Assembly: GCF_030013205.1 (NCBI RefSeq)
Contig: NZ_CP122648.1
Length of the DNA: 64,000 bases
Source: Escherichia coli
GTDB lineage: Bacteria > Pseudomonadota > Gammaproteobacteria > Enterobacterales > Enterobacteriaceae
Direction: 5' to 3' (one strand)
Position 1 is the stretch's first letter; each line of letters begins with the position of its first letter. Both the position numbers and the translations under genes were made by a program. Shown piece after piece: positions 48,756-58,575 of this stretch. The notes under the pieces are model-generated. The model searched no databases. It was not told the origin of the DNA and saw nothing but the letters and a program-made list of their open reading frames with translations.

Positions 48756-50182
48756 TGGCATTTGATGATTTACGCAGCTTTTTACAGGCGCTTGATGACC
48801 ACGGCCAGTTACTGAAAATCAGCGAAGAGGTGAACGCGGAACCGGATCTGGCAGCCGCAGCCAACGCCACCGGGCGTATCGGCGACGGCGCGCCCGCGCT
48901 TTGGTTTGATAATATTCGCGGCTTTATCGATGCCCGCGTGGCAATGAACACCATCGGTTCCTGGCAGAACCACGCGATTTCCCTCGGCCTGCCGCCAAAC
49001 ACCCCGGTTAAAAAACAGATTGATGAGTTTATCCGCCGCTGGGATAACTTCCCCATTACCCCGGAGCGCCGCGCCAATCCAGCCTGGGCGCAGAACACCG
49101 TCGATGGCGACGAGATCAACCTGTTCGATATTCTGCCGCTGTTTCGTTTAAACGACGGTGATGGCGGTTTCTATCTCGATAAAGCGTGCGTGGTTTCCCG
49201 CGATCCGCTCGACCCGGATAACTTCGGCAAGCAGAACGTCGGCATCTACCGCATGGAAGTGAAGGGCAAACGTAAGCTCGGCCTGCAACCGGTGCCGATG
49301 CACGATATCGCTCTGCATCTGCATAAAGCGGAAGAACGCGGTGAAGATCTGCCGATTGCCATCACCCTGGGTAACGATCCGATCATCACCCTGATGGGCG
49401 CCACGCCGCTGAAATACGATCAGTCTGAGTACGAAATGGCGGGCGCGCTGCGCGAAAGCCCGTACCCGATCGCCACCGCCCCGCTGACCGGTTTTGATGT
49501 GCCGTGGGGCTCGGAAGTGATCCTCGAAGGGGTTATCGAAAGTCGTAAACGTGAGATTGAAGGGCCGTTCGGTGAGTTTACCGGCCACTACTCCGGCGGG
49601 CGTAACATGACCGTGGTGCGTATCGATAAAGTCTCTTACCGTACCAAACCGATTTTCGAATCGCTCTATCTTGGTATGCCGTGGACCGAAATCGACTACC
49701 TGATGGGGCCTGCCACCTGCGTGCCGCTGTATCAGCAACTGAAAGCCGAGTTCCCGGAAGTGCAGGCGGTAAACGCCATGTACACCCACGGCCTGTTGGC
49801 GATTATCTCCACCAAAAAACGCTACGGCGGCTTTGCCCGCGCGGTGGGCCTGCGTGCAATGACCACGCCGCACGGTCTGGGCTACGTGAAGATGGTGATT
49901 ATGGTCGATGAAGACGTTGATCCGTTCAACCTGCCGCAGGTGATGTGGGCGCTCTCCTCGAAAGTGAACCCGGCAGGCGACCTGGTGCAGTTGCCAAATA
50001 TGTCCGTGCTGGAACTCGACCCTGGCTCAAGCCCGGCGGGGATCACCGACAAGCTGATTATCGACGCCACCACGCCTGTCGCCCCGGACAACCGTGGTCA
50101 CTACAGCCAGCCGGTGGTGGATTTACCGGAAACCAAAGCCTGGGCTGAAAAACTGACCGCTATGCTGGCCGCACGTAAATAA
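48755..50182 (+). CDS. ecdC: UbiD-family aromatic acid decarboxylase, subunit C
   Basis: 475-aa UbiD-like ORF, start overlaps the ecdB stop. Confidence 0.85.
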   Translation: MAFDDLRSFLQALDDHGQLLKISEEVNAEPDLAAAANATGRIGDGAPALWFDNIRGFIDARVAMNTIGSWQNHAISLGLPPNTPVKKQIDEFIRRWDNFPITPERRANPAWAQNTVDGDEINLFDILPLFRLNDGDGGFYLDKACVVSRDPLDPDNFGKQNVGIYRMEVKGKRKLGLQPVPMHDIALHLHKAEERGEDLPIAITLGNDPIITLMGATPLKYDQSEYEMAGALRESPYPIATAPLTGFDVPWGSEVILEGVIESRKREIEGPFGEFTGHYSGGRNMTVVRIDKVSYRTKPIFESLYLGMPWTEIDYLMGPATCVPLYQQLKAEFPEVQAVNAMYTHGLLAIISTKKRYGGFARAVGLRAMTTPHGLGYVKMVIMVDEDVDPFNLPQVMWALSSKVNPAGDLVQLPNMSVLELDPGSSPAGITDKLIIDATTPVAPDNRGHYSQPVVDLPETKAWAEKLTAMLAARK

Positions 50183-50192
50183 GGAGAACAAG

Positions 50193-50429
50193 ATGATTTG
50201 TCCACGTTGTGCTGATGAACAGATTGAAGTGATGGCGAAATCGCCGGTAAAAGATGTCTGGACAGTCTATCAGTGCCAGCATTGCCTCTATACCTGGCGC
50301 GATACCGAACCGCTTCGCCGCACCAGCCGCGAACATTACCCGGAAGCGTTTCGTATGACGCAGAAAGACATTGATGACGCGCCAATGGTGCCGAGCATTC
50401 CGCCGCTGCTGGCGGAAGGTAAGCGTTAA
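50193..50429 (+). CDS. ecdD: small zinc-ribbon subunit D of the phenolic acid decarboxylase
   Basis: 78-aa ORF with CPRC ... CQHC motif; third gene of the UbiX/UbiD cluster. Confidence 0.7.
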   Translation: MICPRCADEQIEVMAKSPVKDVWTVYQCQHCLYTWRDTEPLRRTSREHYPEAFRMTQKDIDDAPMVPSIPPLLAEGKR

Positions 50430-50437
50430 TAAAAAGT

Positions 50438-50465
50438 GCCGGGTAGTGGCTTTGCTTTACCCGGC
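50438..50465. terminator. hairpin between convergent ecdD and pphB
   Basis: gccgggta / tacccggc 8-bp stem with 12-nt loop. Confidence 0.4.
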
Positions 50466-50718
50466 CTCATTACTTTATTTTATAAAATGACAGCCGCCCG
50501 CTTTTCGGCGATCCGGTATCAATATAAATCTGGTTTGCGAACGTCTGAATGTTATCAAACATCATATGTCCAAATATAAAATAATCAGCGCCGTTTATTT
50601 GTTGTAACTCGCCATTAAGCGATTTCTGCACACGATCAACAGGCCAGAGTAATTCTCTCTCCGCTATTTCTTTGCCAAAGAGATATTCACTCCCCGGATA
50701 ATCGGTAATGACTCCAAC

Positions 50719-51222
50719 TTACTGATAGTGTTTTATGTTCAGATAATGCCCGATGACCTTGTCATGCAGCTCCACCGATTTTGAGAACGACAGTGACTTC
50801 CGTCCCAGCCTTGCCAGATGTTGTCTCAGATTCAGGTTATGCCGCTCAATGCGCTGAGTATAACGCTTGCTGATAACGTGCAGCTTTCCCTTCAGGCGTG
50901 ATTCATACAGCGGCCAGCCATCCGTCATCCATACCACGACCTCAAAGGCCGACAGCAGGCTCAGAAGACGCTCCAGTGTGGCCAGAGTGCGTTCACCGAA
51001 GACGTGCGCCACAACCGTCCTCCGCATCCTGTCATACGCGTAAAACAGCCAGCGCTGACGTGATTTAGCACCGACGTAGCCCCACTGTTCGTCCATTTCA
51101 GCGCAGACAATCACATCACTGCCCGGTTGTATGCGCGAGGTTACCGACTGCGGCCTGAGTTTTTTAAGTGGCGGAAAATCGTGTTGAGGCCAACGCCAAT
51201 AATGCGTGCACTGGCGCGACAT
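50719..51222 (-). CDS. insB: IS1 transposase InsB reading frame
   Basis: 167-aa ORF overlapping insA; the InsAB' transposase is made by -1 frameshifting. Confidence 0.9.
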   Translation of the reverse strand: MSRQCTHYWRWPQHDFPPLKKLRPQSVTSRIQPGSDVIVCAEMDEQWGYVGAKSRQRWLFYAYDRMRRTVVAHVFGERTLATLERLLSLLSAFEVVVWMTDGWPLYESRLKGKLHVISKRYTQRIERHNLNLRQHLARLGRKSLSFSKSVELHDKVIGHYLNIKHYQ

Positions 51223-51416
51223 CCGACGCCATTCATGGCCATATCAATGATTTTCTGGTGCGTACCGGGCTGAGAGGCGGCGTAAGTGAACTGTAGTTGC
51301 CATGTTTTACGGCAGTGAGAGCAGAGATAGCGCTGATGTCCGGCGGTGCTTTTGCCGTTACGCACCACCCCGTCAGTAGCTGAACAGGAGGGACAGCTGA
51401 TAGAAACAGAAGCCAC
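51141..51416 (-). CDS. insA: IS1 protein InsA
   Basis: 91-aa [45 protein letters not shown]. Confidence 0.95.
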   Translation of the reverse strand: MASVSISCPSCSATDGVVRNGKSTAGHQRYLCSHCRKTWQLQFTYAASQPGTHQKIIDMAMNGVGCRASARIIGVGLNTIFRHLKNSGRSR

Positions 51417-51708
51417 TGGAGCACCTCAAAAACACCATCATACACTAAATCAGTAAGTTGGCAGCATCACCGTCGGCTTCAGGGCAAAAAGAGAGTTGAT
51501 GTAAGCGGGATTGTAATAATTGATAGTCACCATGAATATCACCAACGGCCCATATATGGCGATAGTGATGGGCATTGATTTTTTGATAGCGTGTAGATGG
51601 CATGGTTTTACCCTGTAAAATAAGCTTTCCTATTATACAGGGTATTTTTATTTGATTCGTCAGTTGTCGTTAATATTCCCGATAGCAAAAGACTATCGGG
51701 AATTGTTA

Positions 51709-54270
51709 TTACACCAGACTCTTCAAGCGATAAATCCATTCCAGCGCCTGACGCGGGGTGAGTGAATCCGGGTCCAGGTTTTCCAGTGCCTCGACCGCAG
51801 GCGACGTTTCTTCTGGCACTGACAGCAAAGACATTTGCGTACCATCCACTTGCGTAGCGGCGGCGTTCGGCGAAATGCTTTCCAGCTCACGCAGTTTTTG
51901 CCGTGCGCGCTTAATAACCTCTTTTGGCACGCCCGCCAGAGCAGCAACCGCCAGGCCGTAGCTTTTGCTCGCCGCGCCATCCTGCACGCTGTGCATAAAG
52001 GCAATGGTGTCGCCGTGCTCCAGTGCATCAAGATGCACGTTGGCGACGCCTTCCATTTTCTCCGGTAACTGGGTTAGCTCGAAATAGTGGGTGGCAAACA
52101 ACGTCAACGCTTTAATCTTATTCGCCAGATTTTCCGCGCACGCCCACGCCAGCGACAGACCATCGTAAGTGGAGGTTCCGCGCCCAATCTCATCCATCAG
52201 CACCAGACTGTACTCGGTGGCGTTATGTAAAATATTGGCGGTTTCGGTCATCTCCACCATAAAGGTTGAACGCCCGGATGCCAGATCATCCGCTGCCCCT
52301 ACGCGGGTAAAGATGCGATCGATAGGTCCAATCTCGACTTTTTGTGCCGGTACATAGCTGCCGATGTAGGCCATCAGCGCAATCAGTGCGGTCTGGCGCA
52401 TATAGGTACTTTTACCGCCCATATTCGGACCGGTAATGATCAACATGCGACGCTGCGGCGACAGGTTCAGCGGGTTGGCGATAAATGGCTCGTTCAGTAC
52501 CTGTTCAACCACCGGATGGCGGCCTTCGGTGATGCGAATACCCGGTTTATCAATGAAGGTCGGGCAGGTGTAGTTCAGGGTATAGGCCCGCTCCGCCAGG
52601 TTAACCAGCACATCAAGTTCTGCCAGTGCGCTTGCGCTCTGTTGCAACGCTTCCAGATGCGGCAACAGCAGGTCGAACAGCTCTTCATAAAGCTGTTTTT
52701 CCAGTGCCAGTGCTTTGCCTTTTGAGGTGAGAACTTTATCTTCGTACTCTTTTAGCTCTGGAATAATGTAGCGTTCGGCGTTTTTCAGCGTCTGGCGGCG
52801 CATGTAGTTAATCGGTGCCAGATGGCTTTGTCCACGGCTGATCTGAATGTAATAACCATGCACCGCGTTAAATCCGACTTTCAGCGTGTCCAGGCCGGTA
52901 CGTTCACGCTCGCGGACTTCCAGACGCTCCAGATAATCGGTCGCGCCGTCAGCCAGCGCGCGCCACTCATCCAGCTCTTCGTTATAGCCCGATGCGATAA
53001 CACCACCGTCGCGCACCAGTACCGGCGGTGTGTCGATAATGGCCCGCTCCAGCAGATCGCGCAGTTCGGCAAACTCACCCATCTTCTCACGCAGCGCCTG
53101 TACCGGTGCACTATTGACAGTTTCTAACTGCGCGCGCAGCTCCGGCAGTTGCTGGAAAGCGTGACGCATACGGGCCAGATCGCGTGGGCGAGCAGTTCGT
53201 AAAGCCAGACGCGCCAGAATACGTTCCAGGTCGCCGACCTGACGCAGTACCGGCTGCAGCTCGGCGGTGAAATCCTGCAATGCGCCAATAGTTTGCTGGC
53301 GCTCAAGCAAGACGCGGGTATCGCGCACTGGCATATGCAGCCAGCGTTTCAGCATACGGCTGCCCATCGGCGTGACGGTGCAGTCGAGCACAGAAGCCAG
53401 CGTATTTTCCGCACCACCCGCCAGGTTCTGGGTGATTTCCAGATTACGACGCGTCGCGGCATCCATAATGATGCTGTCCTGCTCACGTTCCATGGTGATG
53501 GAACGAATATGCGGCAGAGTCGTACGTTGGGTATCTTTCGCATACTGCAACAGACAACCGGCAGCACAAAGTCCGCGCGGCGCGTTCTCGACGCCAAAAC
53601 CGACCAGATCGCGGGTCCCAAATTGCAGATTCAACTGCTGGCGCGCGGTGTCGATTTCAAACTCCCACAGCGGGCGACGGCGCAGGCCGCGACGGCCTTC
53701 AATTAACGACATTTCAGCAAAATCTTCTGCATACAGCAGTTCCGCAGGATTAGTGCGTTGCAGTTCTGCCGCCATCGTTTCCCGGTCAGCCGGTTCGCTC
53801 AGGCGAAAACGACCGGAACTGATATCCAGCGTCGCGTAGCCGAAACCTTTACTGTCCTGCCAGATAGCCGCCAGCAGGTTATCCTGACGCTCCTGCAACA
53901 GCGCTTCATCGCTGATGGTGCCCGGCGTAACGATACGCACAACTTTGCGCTCAACCGGACCTTTGCTGGTCGCTGGATCGCCAATTTGTTCGCAGATGGC
54001 AACGGACTCGCCCTGATTCACCAGTTTGGCGAGGTAGTTTTCCACCGCATGGTAGGGGATCCCCGCCATTGGGATCGGCTCTCCCGCCGAAGCACCGCGT
54101 TTGGTCAGTGAAATATCCAGCAGTTGCGACGCGCGTTTTGCGTCGTCATAAAACAGTTCATAAAAATCACCCATCCGGTAAAACAGCAGGATCTCGGGAT
54201 GCTGGGCTTTCAGCTTGAGATATTGCTGCATCATGGGCGTATGGGCATCGAAATTTTCTATTGCACTCAT
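51709..54270 (-). CDS. mutS: DNA mismatch repair protein MutS
   Basis: 853-aa ORF with Walker [10 protein letters not shown] and canonical MutS domains. Confidence 0.95.
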   Translation of the reverse strand: MSAIENFDAHTPMMQQYLKLKAQHPEILLFYRMGDFYELFYDDAKRASQLLDISLTKRGASAGEPIPMAGIPYHAVENYLAKLVNQGESVAICEQIGDPATSKGPVERKVVRIVTPGTISDEALLQERQDNLLAAIWQDSKGFGYATLDISSGRFRLSEPADRETMAAELQRTNPAELLYAEDFAEMSLIEGRRGLRRRPLWEFEIDTARQQLNLQFGTRDLVGFGVENAPRGLCAAGCLLQYAKDTQRTTLPHIRSITMEREQDSIIMDAATRRNLEITQNLAGGAENTLASVLDCTVTPMGSRMLKRWLHMPVRDTRVLLERQQTIGALQDFTAELQPVLRQVGDLERILARLALRTARPRDLARMRHAFQQLPELRAQLETVNSAPVQALREKMGEFAELRDLLERAIIDTPPVLVRDGGVIASGYNEELDEWRALADGATDYLERLEVRERERTGLDTLKVGFNAVHGYYIQISRGQSHLAPINYMRRQTLKNAERYIIPELKEYEDKVLTSKGKALALEKQLYEELFDLLLPHLEALQQSASALAELDVLVNLAERAYTLNYTCPTFIDKPGIRITEGRHPVVEQVLNEPFIANPLNLSPQRRMLIITGPNMGGKSTYMRQTALIALMAYIGSYVPAQKVEIGPIDRIFTRVGAADDLASGRSTFMVEMTETANILHNATEYSLVLMDEIGRGTSTYDGLSLAWACAENLANKIKALTLFATHYFELTQLPEKMEGVANVHLDALEHGDTIAFMHSVQDGAASKSYGLAVAALAGVPKEVIKRARQKLRELESISPNAAATQVDGTQMSLLSVPEETSPAVEALENLDPDSLTPRQALEWIYRLKSLV

Positions 54271-54516
54271 GGGGTTATGTCCGGTTCCCTGATATTAAAT
54301 GGGGTGTGATGGTTTTTATTTTCGTTGTAATCACATAAGGCGCACATGATACCGGAGTTAATCATTTCAGGGGAAGAAGCGAACGGCGAGTTCTTGATGG
54401 TGATTCCGGGAAAGATGCTGTTTTGCAGCTTTTGCGTGATGCTTATGAAGCAGGTACGCAAAATTGCGTCGGTTGAATAAACCTCCTCCTTCAGAGCCAT
54501 AGTCCCCTTTCAAATT

Positions 54517-54539
54517 AAGTTGTAATATAAATACACCTT
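54517..54539 (+). promoter_or_regulatory. possible NsrR-type operator upstream of ygbA
   Basis: aagttgtaatataaatacacctt resembles the 11-1-11 NsrR palindrome (AAGATGCATTT-N-AAATGCATCTT); centred about 30 bp upstream of the ygbA ATG. Confidence 0.35.
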
Positions 54540-54556
54540 AAGAGTATGGAGGCAGC

Positions 54557-54901
54557 ATGTCCGGCAAGCGTATCTCTCGTGAAAAACTGACGATTAAAAA
54601 AATGATCGATCTTTATCAAGCGAAATGCCCGCAGGCGTCAGCGGAGCCGGAGCATTACGACGCGCTGTTTGCCTACGCGCAAAAGCGGCTGGATAAATGT
54701 GTGTTCGGCGAAGAGAAACCAGCCTGTAAGCAGTGTCCGGTGCACTGTTACCAGCCTGCAAAGCGTGAAGAGATGAAACAGATTATGCGTTGGGCCGGGC
54801 CGAGAATGCTGTGGCGTCATCCGATCTTAACCGTGCGTCATCTCATCGATGACAAGCGTCCGGTGCCGGAGTTGCCAGAAAAATATCGTCCAAAGAAATA
54901 A
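54557..54901 (+). CDS. ygbA: nitrosative-stress-inducible protein YgbA
   Basis: 114-aa ORF with Cys-rich motif CKQCPVHCYQ; divergent from mutS. Confidence 0.8.
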   Translation: MSGKRISREKLTIKKMIDLYQAKCPQASAEPEHYDALFAYAQKRLDKCVFGEEKPACKQCPVHCYQPAKREEMKQIMRWAGPRMLWRHPILTVRHLIDDKRPVPELPEKYRPKK

Positions 54902-54905
54902 ATCT

Positions 54906-54930
54906 GCCGGAGAGCCATACTCTCCGGCAA
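54906..54930. terminator. hairpin between convergent ygbA and the Mop gene
   Basis: gccggagag-ccatact-ctctccggc. Confidence 0.5.
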
Positions 54931-54939
54931 ATAAGGCGT

Positions 54940-55368
54940 TTACGCTTTGGTGGCAATCAGGATGGCTGATGCTTTGATCAATGCAATAACGCGCGAGCCA
55001 GTGGTGAGTTTCATTTCATCCTGACTTTCATTTGTTACCACTGCCACAATTTCAAAACCCGCATCCGTTTTGATATGGACAGTGGCGTTCACTGCGCCTT
55101 CGGTGATTGTCGACACGCTGCCAGCAAACTGGTTGCGAGCAGAGAATTTCAGTCCACAGTCTTCCGTTGCCAGCGTTACCCACGGGGCTTTAATCAGGGC
55201 AATCGCTTCTTTCCCTTTCGCCAGACCCAGCGCTTGCTGGCTGCTGTGAGTCACAATTGCCACCAGCTTTGCACCACCTGCCAGCGTCAGTTCTACTTCA
55301 TCATTCACAGCGCCCATTGCTACTGCGCTAACTGTTCCGGTTAATTGATTTCTTGCTGAAACTGCCAT
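54940..55368 (-). CDS. tandem Mop/TOBE-domain molybdate-binding protein (molbindin)
   Basis: 142 aa from the ATG at 55368 with RBS aaaggagg 5 nt upstream; two about 70-aa repeats each starting SARNQ and ending IKA; 45 bp downstream of the fhlA stop. Confidence 0.7.
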   Translation of the reverse strand: MAVSARNQLTGTVSAVAMGAVNDEVELTLAGGAKLVAIVTHSSQQALGLAKGKEAIALIKAPWVTLATEDCGLKFSARNQFAGSVSTITEGAVNATVHIKTDAGFEIVAVVTNESQDEMKLTTGSRVIALIKASAILIATKA

Positions 55369-55412
55369 ACTGCCTCCTTTCATTGAATGTTGATCGAGTA
55401 TAACCACATCTG

Positions 55413-57491
55413 TTAAATCAATGCCGATTTATCAATTCCAAGCCGCTTCATCCGTGACAGCAGGGTCGTGCGTTTCAGCCCCAGACGTTGCGCAGCGCCT
55501 TTAGGCCCGGCAACCACGCCGTTGGTTTCTTTCAGCACGCGAACAATCAACTGATATTCATCTTCGCCCTCCTGGGCGACAACCGTTGCGGCGGGCGGCG
55601 TTTCTGGTTCCGGTAAAACAATATCTGGCAGTGACAGCTGCAGCACGTTGCCGCGTGTTAGCAATACCGCGCGCTCAATGACGTTTTCCAGTTCGCGTAC
55701 GTTACCCGGCCACTCCATGTTGCTCAGGATGCGCAGCGTCTCGGCAGGAATGCTGTCGATATTGCGCCCCAGACGACGGGCAATTTTGAAGGTAAAGGCT
55801 TTCGCCAGCAGCGGAATATCTTCCGGACGCTCGCGTAGTGGCGGCAGGTGAATCGGGAATACGTTCAGGCGGTAATAGAGATCGCTACGGAACTCACGGT
55901 CGGCGACCATTTTTTTCAGATCGCGGTTAGTTGCGGCGATTAGACGCACGTCCGTCTGAATGATTTTGTTGCTGCCGAGACGTTCAAACTCCTGTTCCTG
56001 TAATACACGCAGCAACTTCGGCTGTAACTCCAGTGGCATATCGCCCACTTCGTCGAGGAACAGGGAGCTTTTATCCGCCAGTTCAAAACGACCAATGCGC
56101 TGGGCGCTGGCACCGGTAAAAGCCCCACGCTCATGACCAAACAGATCGCTCTCCAGCAATCCGGCAGGCATCGCCGCGCAGTTCATTTTGACCATGCGGC
56201 GATTATTACGCCCACTGAGATTATGGATCGCGCGGGCAATCAGCTCTTTACCTGTACCAGTTTCACCGAGAATCAGCACGGTACTGTCGCTTTGCGCCAC
56301 CATTTCAACTTGTTTAAGTACGCTGTACATGGCTTCGCTGCGGCCAATAATCTCGCCAAATTCACTATCAACATTGTTGAGCTGCTCGGTCAGGGCGAGG
56401 TTTTCATCAACCAGCCGTTCTTTCAGACGATGGATTTCCTGATAGGCGAGGGCGTTATCGACAGCGATTGCCACACGTTCGGCAATCTGGCGCAGTAAAT
56501 TCAGATTGGTAGTGGTAAACACTTTCTCTTCGCATTGCGCCAGTTTCAGCACGCCCAGCATGGTGTCGCCAGACATCAGCGGTAACAGGCACAAGGTTTG
56601 AATCTGGTTGCCCCAGGTGTCGAACAACATACGTTCATAGGGGGCTAAATCGTCCCGCTCGTGGAGATTAATCAACAGCATCTCTTTACTTTTGAAGACG
56701 CGTTCGGTGAGGGTTCCGGCTTCATCGACTTCGCTCTGTTCGTGGGCGGGATGCTGTTTATCAAGATAGTGAGTGGAGTAGATGTTGAGTTTGTTTTTAC
56801 GGTGGCTGCGTAAGACGATGCTGATATCGTCAATGTCGAAGTAGTAATGGATTTCTTTGGCGACTTCGCTGACCAGTTCGTCCATATCCAGGCGGGAAAG
56901 CACCGCGTTGGTAATGGCAACCAGGATGCGGAAGTTATCGCGTTCCCGGCATAACAACTCATAGTCGACATTGTTAACGACGCGACTCTGGATTTGTTCG
57001 GTGACGACAGAAACGATCTGCGTAAATGTTTGCAGACGATTGAACTCTTTTTCGCTCCAGGGGCGATCGTCATAACGAATAAATTCACAGCCACCAAAAA
57101 TATGCCCTTCCGCCGCCAGTGGCATCAGGCAATAGTGACCAAATTTTGGGTATAGCCCACCTGCGGCCAGCTGCGGCCAGGTTTCACAAAATTCTTCGTA
57201 ACTGCAATGCAGCGTATCAGGGCGCGACAAAATGCTGCGTACCGGACCGTGTGCCAGAACAGTTTCGTCTTCATATTTAATGGGGGTGTCTTTTTCACGC
57301 GATGCGTAATAAGACGCACGTTGAGTCTGCGCTTGCCACAACACAATAGCCGCGTTGTCGGCGAGCGCAGAACGCTTTACCAGTTGCGAAAGAGCCTCAC
57401 ACAGCGAGGCCAGATCGGGCTGCTGCAATAGTGTCCGAGTGATGTCGAACAACCCTTGCTGTCCGAGATCACTCATCGGTGTATATGACAT
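55413..57491 (-). CDS. fhlA: formate hydrogenlyase transcriptional activator (sigma-54 enhancer-binding protein)
   Basis: 692 aa from the internal ATG (MSYTPMSDLGQQG); GAF domains, AAA+ sigma-54 interaction module (GETGTGKE, GAFTGA) and C-terminal HTH. Confidence 0.9.
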   Translation of the reverse strand: MSYTPMSDLGQQGLFDITRTLLQQPDLASLCEALSQLVKRSALADNAAIVLWQAQTQRASYYASREKDTPIKYEDETVLAHGPVRSILSRPDTLHCSYEEFCETWPQLAAGGLYPKFGHYCLMPLAAEGHIFGGCEFIRYDDRPWSEKEFNRLQTFTQIVSVVTEQIQSRVVNNVDYELLCRERDNFRILVAITNAVLSRLDMDELVSEVAKEIHYYFDIDDISIVLRSHRKNKLNIYSTHYLDKQHPAHEQSEVDEAGTLTERVFKSKEMLLINLHERDDLAPYERMLFDTWGNQIQTLCLLPLMSGDTMLGVLKLAQCEEKVFTTTNLNLLRQIAERVAIAVDNALAYQEIHRLKERLVDENLALTEQLNNVDSEFGEIIGRSEAMYSVLKQVEMVAQSDSTVLILGETGTGKELIARAIHNLSGRNNRRMVKMNCAAMPAGLLESDLFGHERGAFTGASAQRIGRFELADKSSLFLDEVGDMPLELQPKLLRVLQEQEFERLGSNKIIQTDVRLIAATNRDLKKMVADREFRSDLYYRLNVFPIHLPPLRERPEDIPLLAKAFTFKIARRLGRNIDSIPAETLRILSNMEWPGNVRELENVIERAVLLTRGNVLQLSLPDIVLPEPETPPAATVVAQEGEDEYQLIVRVLKETNGVVAGPKGAAQRLGLKRTTLLSRMKRLGIDKSALI

Positions 57492-57564
57492 TTTGTTCTT
57501 CCAGGAAAGCACCGCAAAGCGGTGCAAAAGGTCATTGACTAACTATAGGAGATTTAGAATTTTA

Positions 57565-58575
57565 TTAGCATATACGCGGAAGCGGTTCGGCGTGTGGTAA
57601 ATCGAGGGTTCGTTTCACGCCATACAGACCGGCAAGACGAACACCTTTACGTTCCACCACTTCACCAATCAGCGCCGCGTCTTTCCCCAGTGGATGGGAA
57701 TGTAACGCTGCCAGCACTTGCTCTGCCGCGTTGCGTTCAACGGCGATCACCAGTTTGCCTTCGTTGGCAAAGTTAAGGGCGTCCAGTCCCAGCAGTTCGC
57801 AAACGCCGCGCACAGCAGGTTTAACCGGCAGTGCCGCTTCTGAAATTTCAATACCGCAACCGCAGGCTGCCGCGAACTCATGAACTACCGCGTTCACACC
57901 ACCACGGGTGGCATCACGCAGCGCTTTCACGCCGGGAATGTCACGCAGCGTCTGAATAAGCGGCGTTAGTACCGCACAGTCGCTGACCAGTTCGCCATCC
58001 AGCCCCAGCTGCTCACGCAGGTTAAGGATAGTCGCCCCGTGATCGCCGAGCGTGCCGCTCACCAGCAATACATCGCCTGCGGTTAGCGTCTGTGCGCCCC
58101 AGTGAATATTCGCCGGAATTGCGCCCATGCCAGCGGTGTTGATAAACAGTTTATCTGCCGCGCCGCGCTGCACCACTTTAGTATCGCCAGTAACGATGGC
58201 AATGCCTGCCGCGCGGGCGGTTTCTGCCATGCTGGTCACTACGGCTTTCAGTGTCTCCATCGGCAATCCTTCTTCGAGGATAAAGCCACAGGAGAGATAG
58301 CGCGGAATAGCGCCACTGACCGCAACGTCATTCGCGGTGCCGCAAATCGCCAGCTTGCCGATGTTACCGCCAGGAAAGAACAGCGGGTCAATGACGTAAC
58401 TGTCGGTGGAGAACGCCAGACGGTCGCCTTCCGCTACCAGCTGCGCCAGATCAAGACGGGCCTGATCTTCCTGCTCTGCCAACCACGGGTTGGCAAAGGC
58501 TTCCATAAACAGGCTGTTGATTAATTGCTGCATCGCCTGGCCGCCGCTGCCGTGGGCGAGTTGGATATTATTCAC
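57565..58575 (-). CDS. hypE: hydrogenase maturation protein HypE
   Basis: 336-aa ORF, AIR-synthase-like fold, C-terminal PRIC. Confidence 0.9.
   Translation of the reverse strand: MNNIQLAHGSGGQAMQQLINSLFMEAFANPWLAEQEDQARLDLAQLVAEGDRLAFSTDSYVIDPLFFPGGNIGKLAICGTANDVAVSGAIPRYLSCGFILEEGLPMETLKAVVTSMAETARAAGIAIVTGDTKVVQRGAADKLFINTAGMGAIPANIHWGAQTLTAGDVLLVSGTLGDHGATILNLREQLGLDGELVSDCAVLTPLIQTLRDIPGVKALRDATRGGVNAVVHEFAAACGCGIEISEAALPVKPAVRGVCELLGLDALNFANEGKLVIAVERNAAEQVLAALHSHPLGKDAALIGEVVERKGVRLAGLYGVKRTLDLPHAEPLPRIC

Larger units (their letters stand above)
50704..51471 (-). mobile_element. IS1 insertion sequence, complete, 768 bp
   Basis: terminal inverted repeats ggtaatgactccaacttactgatagtg (50704) and revcomp of ggtgatgctgccaacttactgatttagtg (ends 51471); encodes InsA and InsB. 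Confidence 0.95.
50470..51603 (-). pseudogene. pphB: serine/threonine protein phosphatase PphB (PrpB) disrupted by IS1 with internal deletion
   Basis: N-terminal 44 codons (MPSTRYQKINAHHYRHIWAVGDIHGDYQ...SFCPEAD) at 51472..51603 end exactly at the IS1 left end; C-terminal 77 codons (DYPGSEYLFGKEIAE...IDTGSPKSGRLSFYKIK) at 50473..50703 start exactly at the IS1 right end; GDxHG and GH motifs present, the GDxxDRG and GNHE motifs that should lie between them are absent. Confidence 0.75.

Noticed and set aside
48216-49873. Several 180–240-aa minus-strand ORFs (48216..48761, 48538..49119, 49148..49873)
   Set aside because: All antisense to ecdB/ecdC; Arg/Gly/His-rich translations typical of GC-rich reverse frames.
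50695-51480. 9-bp target-site duplication flanking IS1
   Set aside because: Flanks are cggataatc and gtcggcttc, not a direct repeat; interpreted as an insertion with adjacent deletion (see the pphB finding) rather than a clean transposition.
53267-53839. 190-aa and 137-aa plus-strand ORFs inside mutS
   Set aside because: Antisense to mutS; Arg/Ser-rich low-complexity translations.
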